64,000 nucleotides of DNA from Deltaproteobacteria bacterium (GTDB taxonomy: Bacteria > Myxococcota_A > UBA9160 > SMWR01), in contig JAQBGU010000188.1 in the NCBI GenBank assembly GCA_032128375.1, forward strand, positions 64,001 to 128,000, read 5' to 3'. Shown here one piece after another: positions 1 to 9,145 of this stretch. The position numbers and the translations under genes were made by a program. The notes under the pieces were generated by a model. That model made no database searches. It was not told the origin of the DNA and saw only the letters and a list, made by a program, of their open reading frames with translations. Position 1 is the stretch's first letter; each line of letters begins with the position of its first letter.

Positions 1-1311
1 CGCCGGAAGTAGACAAATCAACGCCGGATGCAGGAACTCCACCGTGAAAACGATCGACGCAACCCAGAACGCCCCGAAGATCCCGAGATTTCGCATCTGG
101 GGGATGGTCGTAACCAGAATGACCAACAGACCCGCGACGTCGGTGAGGATGCCCAGCGTCCCCGGTACGATCAGTTCTGCCATCGCGACACTGGCTGCGC
201 GCCGCTTCGCCTCTTCGCGGTCGTCGTACTCCTCGCTGAGCCGCTCGTAGTCTTCAAAAAAGCGCTCGGCCATCTGCACCGTGTGCGAGACCGCGCGTGC
301 GGTGATGATCATCGGGATCACCAGCACCAACGGATCGAAGGCGATATTCATCCAGCCCGTGAACCCTGTACCCCAGATCACGGTGATGCCCGCGGCGACG
401 AGCGGAATAGAGACACCGTGCGCGCGCCGAAAATACGCCCACAAGAGCGCGAAGATGATGACGACCGAACCCCCGATCGACGCCAGCATTTCCCATGCGT
501 GATGGAGCACCCAGCCGGCGATGATCGGAACGCCTACGACGTAGATCTCGTGGTTCTCATCGCTCTCGGCTTCGACAATCCCCTGCACGTGGTCGAACAC
601 GGCGCGATAGATCTCAGTGTTGGATAGTCGATCTGTGACGAACTGCACCATGATCAGCGCCGCAGTCCCATCCGCCGTGACGAATTGCCCGTAGACCTCG
701 GGCGCTTTTTCGAGAACCCGACGCTCGAGTGCGTCGGCTTCTTGTTGCGTTTTTGGTAGCTCGGTTACAAGAGATTCAAAGGCTGCACCGCCGTCCGGAT
801 CCATCTTGACGACTGTCGTGGTGCGATGAACCAGCGATCGGGTCTGATCGTGATTGACCGGATAAGGCGGATAAATCCGGTCGAGGCGGGCTCTGATCTC
901 GTCGACGTCCTCGATCCCAGAGTCTTCGAGTGCGTCGCGCATTTCGTTTCGCTGTTCGCTATAGCTCTCGAAGCCAATGCCGTCGAGTGCACCGGTCAGC
1001 CGCTTGAGCTTCGCCAGGCTCTCGGGGTTGTAGATCGTCCCTTCCCTGACAACCATCGCCAACACGACCGGGGAAGCGTTGCCGAAGAACCCCTCGAACT
1101 TGTCCTGCGCGTGGATGAACTTGTGAACCGGGAACATATCGCGCGCGTTGCTGTCGATCCGAACACGCGGTCCGCCAAATGCATAGCCGAACACGGAGAA
1201 CGCGGTGTTCGCCAGCGGGTAGAGAAAAAACAGCGTCACCAGCGCCAGCGCTACCGTGACTGCGTGGGCGTGGCGCACGACGAATTCGGCCAATCGCGTG
1301 GTACTTCTCAT
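1..1311 (-). CDS. MMPL/RND-family membrane transporter (5' part; runs off the window start)
   Basis: Not in the ORF track because no stop lies in the window. Manual translation from ATG 1311 gives MRSTTRLAEFVVRHAHAVTVALALVTLFFLYPL, then a periplasmic region, then a TM cluster VGVPIIAGWVLHH...FDPLVLVIPMIITARAVSHTVQMAERF typical of MMPL/RND proteins. Confidence 0.8.
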   Translation of the reverse strand, partial: MRSTTRLAEFVVRHAHAVTVALALVTLFFLYPLANTAFSVFGYAFGGPRVRIDSNARDMFPVHKFIHAQDKFEGFFGNASPVVLAMVVREGTIYNPESLAKLKRLTGALDGIGFESYSEQRNEMRDALEDSGIEDVDEIRARLDRIYPPYPVNHDQTRSLVHRTTTVVKMDPDGGAAFESLVTELPKTQQEADALERRVLEKAPEVYGQFVTADGTAALIMVQFVTDRLSNTEIYRAVFDHVQGIVEAESDENHEIYVVGVPIIAGWVLHHAWEMLASIGGSVVIIFALLWAYFRRAHGVSIPLVAAGITVIWGTGFTGWMNIAFDPLVLVIPMIITARAVSHTVQMAERFFEDYERLSEEYDDREEAKRRAASVAMAELIVPGTLGILTDVAGLLVILVTTIPQMRNLGIFGAFWVASIVFTVEFLHPALICLLPA

Positions 1312-1332
1312 CGGGTCATCGGGTCATCGGGC
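1309..1332. repeat. 8-bp tandem repeat CATCGGGT x2 + CATCGGGC over the RND start codon
   Basis: Read directly from the sequence. Confidence 0.85.
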
Positions 1333-1552
1333 GCGGCGCATCGGGGCGAGCGGACCTCGAGATTTGTGGGTCCGTAGACCTGGTTCAAGATTAAGGGGAC
1401 CGAGACTTGTAGCGCAGCGTTCACGCGGAGGCGCGAATTCGTCGAACGCCGCTAGGCTCGCCCGGTTCGAGCGATTGATTCGAAATTTCCTGGCCGTCGC
1501 CTGCATCCCGGCCCGTGGCTCCACCACGAGGCTCGTAGCACCGGAGCGCACA

Positions 1553-2248
1553 ATGCTCACCCATCTGCTTTTCGACTTCTTCGGAACCCTGGTCGACTAT
1601 TGCGCGAGCCGAATCGAGCAGGGCTACGAACAGTCTCATCGGATTCTGACCGATGCGGGCTGCGATATCGGTTACAGCGAATTCCTGCAGCGCTGGGATC
1701 AGGTCGCGGGTGGCTTCGATGCCGACGCCGAGAAATCCCTGATCGAGTACTCGATGCACCAGGTGTGCGGCGCTTTTCTGGAACAGGTCCTCGGCGGTCG
1801 CACATCGACCGACGTACTCGAGCGCTTCATCGATCGTTACCTCGCCGACTGGAACACTGGCGTGGTCTACTTGCCCGGTCTTCCCGCGATGCTGGAACGA
1901 CTCTCTGAGCACTACACGCTCGCGGTCATCACCAATACACATTCGGCGGAGCTCGTCCCCGAGCATTTGCGGCGGATGGGCATCGCGTCGAGATTCGAGG
2001 CGGTCATCACGTCGATCGAGCACGGACGTAGAAAGCCGCACGCAGACATCTTCGTCCACGCGCTATCGCAGGTCGGTGCCGTCGCACAAACCAGCGCGTA
2101 CATCGGGGACTCGTTCAACGCCGACTACCGGGGGTCGAGGTCCGTGGGGATGGTCGCTTACCTGATCGATCCAGACCGCACGGCCCAAGTCCCCGAACAG
2201 GCACGGCTGTCAGACGTTCTCGAACTCGAGTTCATCCTTGCGCGTTAG
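1553..2248 (+). CDS. HAD-superfamily hydrolase
   Basis: Motif I LLFDFFGTL, motif II VITN, RKPHADIF and YIGDSFNADY. Start moved to ATG 1553. Confidence 0.85.
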   Translation: MLTHLLFDFFGTLVDYCASRIEQGYEQSHRILTDAGCDIGYSEFLQRWDQVAGGFDADAEKSLIEYSMHQVCGAFLEQVLGGRTSTDVLERFIDRYLADWNTGVVYLPGLPAMLERLSEHYTLAVITNTHSAELVPEHLRRMGIASRFEAVITSIEHGRRKPHADIFVHALSQVGAVAQTSAYIGDSFNADYRGSRSVGMVAYLIDPDRTAQVPEQARLSDVLELEFILAR

Positions 2249-4071
2249 GCCTCGGGAGCAGCTTCGGGAGCTGCTTCGGGAGATCCGTCGGGTCGCCGCC
2301 GCGGCCGTCTTCTTCGCCGTCGGCCCCGTCGCTTGCGTGCCGGGCGATCGCCCAGCGCGTCGCCGCCCGCGTCTTGCGACACTTCCAACTTTCTGGCCGG
2401 CGCCTTCGCCACGCGGACGTTCTTCGCAGTGGCCTTTTTCTTGCGCCTGCCGGTTCGTTTGCCTCGACGCGACGAACTCGTCTTGCGTTTCGGACGATCG
2501 GGCGCAGTGTGGGCCGCGAAGAAGCTCGCCGGACGTGCGGGGTTTCCGCGACAGATGTCGCACAGACCGCATGCCTCTTCCATGTCCTCGCCGAAGTAGT
2601 TACTCAGAAATTGGGCTCGACACTGATCGGTGCCAAAATACTGCCCCAGGGCGTCGAGTCGACGCCCATCTTGGGTGCGCAGCGTTTCGAATTGGCCCGC
2701 GAGAGCACGGGTGGCCTCTTCGAGGTCGATGCTGGGATCGGTGAAGCGGATCTCGTCGTTTTCGAAATAGATCAGACCCGCTTCTTCAATCTTCGCTACC
2801 AGCGCCATCGCCACACGGGGTCCCACTTCGGCCGACAACGCCAGCGCTTCGAGGCCGGGAACCTTTTCGTCTTGCGACCAGGCAGCCAACGCACTCCCCA
2901 TCCGATAGAGCTGGTCCGGTCGCAGGCGGCTGCGCGAGAGCAACGCCTCGTGGATCCTTCGGTCGGCCGCATCCGGCAGTACGATGCAGTTCGCCTTGGC
3001 GCCGTCTCGCCCCCCACGGCCCGCTTCCTGGACATACTGCTCGAGCGACGCCGGGGACTGATAGTGGAGGATGTAACGGATGTCCGGCTTGTCGATTCCC
3101 AGCCCGAATGCGTTGGTCGCGACCATCACCGTTCGGTGCCCGCCTCGCATGAATTGTTCCTGCTCGACGTTCCTTTCCGCTGCGGGCATTCCCGCGTGGT
3201 AGCGATGGGCCGGAATTCCAAAACGCCGAAGCCACGCATAAACCATGTCGACTTCGCGACGCGTTGCACAGTACACGATACCCGGTCGCCGCAGCCGTTT
3301 GACGAGCCGCAGCATCACCCGCGCGCGTACCCCCTCCTCACAAGGAAGTACTTCGAACGCGAGATTCGAACGATGGGGCGAACTCGCGACCACCTTCGGG
3401 TCTCGCATCCGCAGACTCTTGATGATTCCATCTCGGACCCGTTGGGTCGCGGTCGCGGTCAATGCCAACATCGGCGGCGATCCAAACGCCTCCATTCGCG
3501 ATCCGAGGCGCAGGTAGGCGGGTCGGAAGTCGTGGCCCCACTCCGACAGACAATGTGCCTCGTCGATAGCGACCAACGACACACGTGCCTGGCGCAGCGC
3601 CTCGCTGGTGTCGGTGGTCGCCAGTGTCTCGGGCGTCGTCATCACCAGCATCGGACCACCAGCCTTGATCTGCTCCAGAGCCTCCACGCGCTTCTTGCCG
3701 CGCACGGCCCCATCGAGTCGAACGACGGGCAGATTGCGCTCTAGAAGCTTGGCCTCCTGGTCTTTCAGAAGTGCTTTCAACGGGGAGATCATCACGACGG
3801 GTTGTTGCAACAGCAGAGAGGGCACCTGATAACAGGCAGACTTCCCGAAACCCGTTGGCAGGACCATCAGCACGTCACGCCCCTCGAGGACGGCGTCGAT
3901 GACCTGTGTCTGCTCGGGTCGCAACTGTCGGATCTCGAACTGACGGGCCGCCGCGTCGACAGGAGTGAGCGGCGCGGCCTCTGCCGGACTCACCGCCTTC
4001 GACCGACTTCGCCGTCGACGCGGGCGGCGTCGTTTGGGCTTGCTGGTGATGCTTCCCGTCTCTTGATCCAA
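2245..4071 (-). CDS. recQ: RecQ-family ATP-dependent DNA helicase
   Basis: LPTGFGKSACYQ, IDEAHCLSEWGHDFRPAY, ALTATA, ATNAFGLGIDKPDIR, YVQEAGRGGRDG and the RQC Zn motif CR...CGLCDIC. Arg/Lys-rich tails at both ends, no obvious HRDC. Confidence 0.9.
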   Translation of the reverse strand: MDQETGSITSKPKRRRPRRRRSRSKAVSPAEAAPLTPVDAAARQFEIRQLRPEQTQVIDAVLEGRDVLMVLPTGFGKSACYQVPSLLLQQPVVMISPLKALLKDQEAKLLERNLPVVRLDGAVRGKKRVEALEQIKAGGPMLVMTTPETLATTDTSEALRQARVSLVAIDEAHCLSEWGHDFRPAYLRLGSRMEAFGSPPMLALTATATQRVRDGIIKSLRMRDPKVVASSPHRSNLAFEVLPCEEGVRARVMLRLVKRLRRPGIVYCATRREVDMVYAWLRRFGIPAHRYHAGMPAAERNVEQEQFMRGGHRTVMVATNAFGLGIDKPDIRYILHYQSPASLEQYVQEAGRGGRDGAKANCIVLPDAADRRIHEALLSRSRLRPDQLYRMGSALAAWSQDEKVPGLEALALSAEVGPRVAMALVAKIEEAGLIYFENDEIRFTDPSIDLEEATRALAGQFETLRTQDGRRLDALGQYFGTDQCRAQFLSNYFGEDMEEACGLCDICRGNPARPASFFAAHTAPDRPKRKTSSSRRGKRTGRRKKKATAKNVRVAKAPARKLEVSQDAGGDALGDRPARKRRGRRRRRRPRRRPDGSPEAAPEAAPEA

Positions 4072-4902
4072 TCTTCTCTCCCGGCCCCGGCGCGTTTCCC
4101 GACCTTCCCGGAATGAACGTGCTGACTGGTTTGATCTCCGTTGCGAATTCAGACCTGTGAGGTCACCCGTGAACGCTCACTACAACGACTCACAACAGCG
4201 ACGCACAGCAGCGTGCACACGGCAGGTCGAAGTGGTCGCAATAGATCCACTTCTTCGACTTCGACGTCAGTCGAACTCACCACGATCGAACGTGAGCAAA
4301 GGCTCACGCCAAACGACAGCCAATCCGGACGGCGAACTCCCAGACCTTCTCTACCTTCTCTACTTTTACTTTCGGTACTTCCTTTGCTTCCACGTCTCCA
4401 ATGCTGCAGAGAAGATGGACGCGCAGAGAAGATGCAGAGAACGGCTGCGGTGAACGCCCCGTCCCTCGCCCTCATTCACGGGCACCAGAACGTGAGATCA
4501 TCATAATGGATGATTGGCGAAGAATCGACCCGATTGCGCATTCCCTCTCATTCTAATTCCCGCAGACCAGGGGCGGGTCCGGGGAACGATCTGGGCTGAG
4601 AGCGCCGCAAGCCCCTATGTGTCATACAGCTCCCGCGGCTATCAAGCGTTCGGGGGCCGTCCGTGCCCGACGTCTACTCGGGCCTGGCGGCGCTCGCGAG
4701 TGATCCGAATAGACTGGTTGCCCAGGCCCCGATGAGCTTGTTGAGCCTGGCGCGAGAACATTGGGTCGAGCTGGCAGAGCGGCGCCGGGCGAGCGCGGCA
4801 ATTGCCGTTGATGGCATCGGGAATGTGCAGCGACACAGCGGCCGCAGCACTGGAGACCTTCCTGGCTCCTCGGATCGAATCCGTAGAGGGAGGCCCCCGC
4901 AA

Positions 4903-7182
4903 CTAGAGCCTCCACCAAATCCGCAATCCCAGAAATCCCGCAAGACTCCCAAACACCAACATCGGCCCCCAGCCCCCGATCGGCGCCGGAAGGGCTCCCC
5001 CATAACCCAACGAGCTTGAAACACCGGTCAACAAGAAGTAGCCGATACCCACCAAGACACTCACCAGCAGCGTCTGTGCCGGGCCCGGAAACGGCGGGCC
5101 GGTGACCGCGAAGAACAGCACGACGGCAGGGAGCACGATACAAGCCAACGACTGCGAAAGCTTGACATGGAAATCGACGCGGAGCGGCCTCGTATCGATG
5201 CCATCGGCATCCGTCGCAGCAATCAACTCATCGATCTCCGCGATGCTCAAATGCATGGTGTCGACTTCCGCAGGCAGCGCTTCGCCCAGATCCACGAATC
5301 GCGGTGCGGGGACGCTGTAGACGCGATCTGACGAAATTTCGATTCGACTGGCTCCGCTGAGTTGCCACCAGCCGTGACCGACGTGCCGCGCAGAGTCTGC
5401 GTCGGTTCGGTTGATGGGAAGCCGGTCGGGGCCGAGCTCGTAGACTGACAGGTCTTCTGCCGTGCCGTTGTTCGGATCGAACCGGACCGCCTCCAGAACA
5501 CGATCGCCCTGCCGGTACCACACCGAAGCCTTGCGACCCTCATCGATTTCACTGTAAACCGAACTCTTGATTTCGGTGCGCTTCAATTCGTCGGCGAGCG
5601 CGTTGGCCCTCGGTACCACCACGTTATTCAAGACAGCATCGGCAGGAACCACCAACCCCGCAATGAACAAGATCGGTATCAACGCACGCGGCGCGGGAAT
5701 ACCGCACGCGCGCATGCCGATCAACTCTCCGTCGGCGGCCAACATGCTCACGGTCAGCGCAGTCGCCACCAACAGCGCCATCGGTACGATCCGCGACCCG
5801 AGCAGAACACTTCGCGCCGAATAGAAGTGAAGCACCTCCAGCCCGGTCGCTTGGTGGCGGCTGAACCACGTGAGCCGCTCCATGATGTCGATCAACAAAT
5901 AGCCGACCAGTAGGATCCCAAAAGACATCAGCGCCATCCGGGCGAACCGGGCCGCCACATAGCGCGGCAATGGGTAGCGACTCGGTCGCCGCTTTCGGGC
6001 GACAGCCTTCGCACCGCTCGCCAGAGCACCGGTTTGGGGTCGATCGAATGCGTGCCCCAGCACGCCCTTCCGCCGGGTTCGCAGGATCAAGGCGGCGGCG
6101 AGCAGACTCATAACAGCGTTGGGGAGCCACGCCGCCTCAACCACCCCGATTGTCCCGCTCTGTGCCAACCCCTGGCTGACTTGCGCCATGCCATAGTACG
6201 CGAGCGTGCAGAACATGCCCATCACGCCGCCGCTCGCACGAGAGAAATTGTTCCGCATCAAGAACAACGGAACGGCGAGTGCGCCAAATATCAACGTCGC
6301 GAAGGGCAACGCAAAGCGGCGGTGCAGTTCCAACGCTGCGCTCGACAGTGGGTCAGTCGCGCTGGCAATGAACTCGTTGACGCGGCCGATGAGTTCCGGT
6401 AGTCGAAGCCCGCGGAGCTGCGCCTTCGCGTCGCGTAATAGCGAGTCGCTCTCGGGCAGGCGGGTCGTGAGCCGCTCGAAGCTGAACGACTGCGGGCCGC
6501 GCTCAGGGGACAGGACCACTGTGCCCGTTTCGAGCGCGATATCGATCGCACCCTCGCCACCGCTCAAAATGGCGCCCTTCTGGGCGAAAATCGTCTGCCC
6601 GATGTCGGGCATCCAAAGCAAGATGCCTTCCATCTCGTCGCCGCGGGCATTCACTTCGCGCGCTTCCAGACGCCACTCGCCGAAGCGGCTTACGGTCCCC
6701 CGTTGAACCTGCGCCCACGGCTTATCGCGAGAGATGCCCTCGTAGGCGGCATCCAACAGCCGGTTGGTCCACGGAGAAACCGCCACTGACAACGCCATCG
6801 AGACCACAGTCATCGCCGCCGCAAACGCGACGAACGGCCAAACCAGTCGGGCGGCGGAAACGCCGCAGGCTTCGAACGCGAGAATCTCGCGATCGGCGCC
6901 CATGCGTCCAATCGCCACGAGGCAGCCCAGCAACACCGAGAACGGAAACATCAGCGTGACGATCGGAGCCGTTTTGTACAGCGCGATCAGCGCCACGACC
7001 CGGCCGGAGAGTCCGCGGTTGACCACGAGATCCGAAAAACCGAGCAAATCCTTCGTCAGCACGACCACGGTCAATCCGAGCAGCGAAAAAATCGACGGAC
7101 GCAGCGCCTCCTCGACAACGTGGCGATAGATTGTCAGGCCCGGCCGGCGGTGCACAGGGAATCTCAGCGTCGCGTCGCTCAT
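4903..7182 (-). CDS. Fused LptF/LptG-family permease
   Basis: 759 aa containing two tandem YjgP/YjgQ-like units (GRMGADREILAFEACGVS...ELHRRFALPF...AAWLPN, then RYVAARF...ADGELIGMRACGI...GWGP). Confidence 0.85.
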   Translation of the reverse strand: MSDATLRFPVHRRPGLTIYRHVVEEALRPSIFSLLGLTVVVLTKDLLGFSDLVVNRGLSGRVVALIALYKTAPIVTLMFPFSVLLGCLVAIGRMGADREILAFEACGVSAARLVWPFVAFAAAMTVVSMALSVAVSPWTNRLLDAAYEGISRDKPWAQVQRGTVSRFGEWRLEAREVNARGDEMEGILLWMPDIGQTIFAQKGAILSGGEGAIDIALETGTVVLSPERGPQSFSFERLTTRLPESDSLLRDAKAQLRGLRLPELIGRVNEFIASATDPLSSAALELHRRFALPFATLIFGALAVPLFLMRNNFSRASGGVMGMFCTLAYYGMAQVSQGLAQSGTIGVVEAAWLPNAVMSLLAAALILRTRRKGVLGHAFDRPQTGALASGAKAVARKRRPSRYPLPRYVAARFARMALMSFGILLVGYLLIDIMERLTWFSRHQATGLEVLHFYSARSVLLGSRIVPMALLVATALTVSMLAADGELIGMRACGIPAPRALIPILFIAGLVVPADAVLNNVVVPRANALADELKRTEIKSSVYSEIDEGRKASVWYRQGDRVLEAVRFDPNNGTAEDLSVYELGPDRLPINRTDADSARHVGHGWWQLSGASRIEISSDRVYSVPAPRFVDLGEALPAEVDTMHLSIAEIDELIAATDADGIDTRPLRVDFHVKLSQSLACIVLPAVVLFFAVTGPPFPGPAQTLLVSVLVGIGYFLLTGVSSSLGYGGALPAPIGGWGPMLVFGSLAGFLGLRIWWRL

Positions 7183-7357
7183 GTCGGCCGGCTCTGCGGC
7201 CTCACTGCGCCTCCCGCTGGCGCGGGCTCGCCTCGGAATTTCGGGTTTTGCCTCGCGCGGCGCTGGACTACAGTCCCGACTCCCCCCATCAATGAAATCC
7301 TAGGTCGCCAATGCGGCCAGAGGCAAACGGCCGGTAGACGCGGCCACCGGGAAAGAT

Positions 7358-8116
7358 ATGAGAGCGATCGTCCTCAGCGCCGGACAGGGCAAGAGATTGT
7401 TACCGCTAACCGCGACGGAACCCAAATGTCTGTTGCCGGTCGACGGGGATTTGACCGTGTTGGATTTGCAACTCGAGGCGTTGGCTCGCTGCGGGTTCGA
7501 ACTCGCGACAGTGGTAGTCGGATTCGGCGCCGAACACGTGGAGCGCTTCATTGGCGAGCGTGAGTTCGGCGCGATGCGTGTCGAAACCCTCTTCAACCCC
7601 TTCTTTTCTGTCTCCGACAACCTCGCGACCTGTTGGATGGCGCGCGAGGCAATGCAGGGAGACTTCATACTGCTCAACGGGGACACGGTGTTCGAAGACG
7701 CTCTGCTCCAGCGGGTCATCGCAGCACCTCCAGCACCGATCGTCGTCACAATCGACCGCAAGGACGAATACGACGCCGACGATATGAAAGTGAAGCTCAA
7801 CCCCGAAGGACGCCTGGGCTCGATCGGCAAGACACTTCCGCTGCACACCGTGGAAGGCGAGGCTATCGGGATGATCTTATTTCGCAGCAGCGGCGCGAAC
7901 ACGTACCGAGACGCGCTAGACCGTGCGATTCGCCAACCCGAGTCGATGCGCAATTGGTACCTCGCTGTTGTGGACGAAATAGCGAAGAAGATGCCGGTGG
8001 AGACGATTTGTATCGAAGGCTGCTGGTGGGCGGAAATCGACTGTCGAAAAGACCTCGACGCTGTTCGTGGACACTTCCTACTGGGAACTGCACGAAGAAC
8101 TGGTCCGGAGAAGTAG
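7358..8116 (+). CDS. NTP transferase (LicC/phosphocholine cytidylyltransferase-like)
   Basis: AIVLSAGQGKRLLPLT..PKCLL, NPFFSVSDNL, LLNGDTVF, DDMKV and WAEID. Confidence 0.85.
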   Translation: MRAIVLSAGQGKRLLPLTATEPKCLLPVDGDLTVLDLQLEALARCGFELATVVVGFGAEHVERFIGEREFGAMRVETLFNPFFSVSDNLATCWMAREAMQGDFILLNGDTVFEDALLQRVIAAPPAPIVVTIDRKDEYDADDMKVKLNPEGRLGSIGKTLPLHTVEGEAIGMILFRSSGANTYRDALDRAIRQPESMRNWYLAVVDEIAKKMPVETICIEGCWWAEIDCRKDLDAVRGHFLLGTARRTGPEK

Positions 8117-8175
8117 TTCCACAGGGAGTTCTGGCGATGGTCCAAAAGATCAGAGCCAGCTGACTCCCGGCCCGT

Positions 8176-8988
8176 TCAGGCGTCCGACTTCAGCACCGTG
8201 CGGATCGAGCACACCTCGTCGAGCAGGCGATCGAGGTCCTCGACCCGAATCTGGCAGGCACCATCGCACGGCGCGTTATCGGGGTCGGGGTGTATCTCGA
8301 CGAACAGCGCATCGATCCCGACGGCCGCTGCTGCTCGTGCCAGCGGTACAACAAAACGACGGTCGCCACTGCTGGCATCGTGCCCGGCGCCGGGGCGCTG
8401 CACCGAATGAGTCGCGTCGAAGCACACCGGGGCAAACTCGCGCAGCGTTACCAGACCGCGCATGTCGACAATCAAGTCGTTGTAGCCGAACGCCGAACCG
8501 CGTTCGGTCACCATGATTCCAACGTCGCCAAAGCTTCGGGCCTTTTCGACCGCAAGTCGGAGATCGTGCGGCGCGATGAATTGTCCGCGCTTGATGTTCA
8601 TCGGCAGCCCAGTAGCCGCGCAGGCCGCTATCAGGTCGGTTTGTCTACACAGAAACGCCGGAATCTGGAGCAGATCCGCGACTTCCGATACGATTTTCGC
8701 TTGGCCTGGCTCGTGAACATCTGTCGTAACCAACAATCCCGTTTCGGCCTTGACGTCCTCGAGAATTCGCATCCCCTCATCGATGCCGGGTCCTCGATAG
8801 GATTCCCGACTCGATCGATTTGCCTTGTCGAATGATGCCTTGAATATGACCGACAAGCCGTGACGGTCTCCGACCCCTGCCACTCCCAGCGCGCACTCGA
8901 GCGCAGCGTCGCGGCTCTCGAGAACGTTGAGTCCCGAGATCAGGGCCAGGGGCGCCCCGGAGCCAATTTGAATATCACCGACGTTCAT
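8176..8988 (-). CDS. kdsA: 3-deoxy-8-phosphooctulonate (KDO8P) synthase
   Basis: FKASFDKANRSS, QIPAFLCRQTDL, ERGSAFGY, FDATHSVQ and HPDPDNAPCDG. Start taken at ATG 8988. Confidence 0.93.
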   Translation of the reverse strand: MNVGDIQIGSGAPLALISGLNVLESRDAALECALGVAGVGDRHGLSVIFKASFDKANRSSRESYRGPGIDEGMRILEDVKAETGLLVTTDVHEPGQAKIVSEVADLLQIPAFLCRQTDLIAACAATGLPMNIKRGQFIAPHDLRLAVEKARSFGDVGIMVTERGSAFGYNDLIVDMRGLVTLREFAPVCFDATHSVQRPGAGHDASSGDRRFVVPLARAAAAVGIDALFVEIHPDPDNAPCDGACQIRVEDLDRLLDEVCSIRTVLKSDA

Positions 8989-9145
8989 GTTCTGGTCCCC
9001 CCACCCATCGTTCGGTAAATAGCGAGATCGGATCATCATGACTACCCCCTGAACCCCGCGGGGAAAAATGCGCCGACACTGCCAACGCTAAGCACGGGCC
9101 GGATCTGTCGCTCCGGGGCCGGCACTCCTAGACTCCCGGCTTCGC

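Noticed and set aside
28..1377. Plus-strand ORFs 28-627 and 826-1377
   Set aside because: Antisense to the RND transporter, which has clear family features.
4663..5019. 118-aa plus-strand ORF
   Set aside because: No recognisable motif, and it overlaps the 3' end of the LptFG gene.
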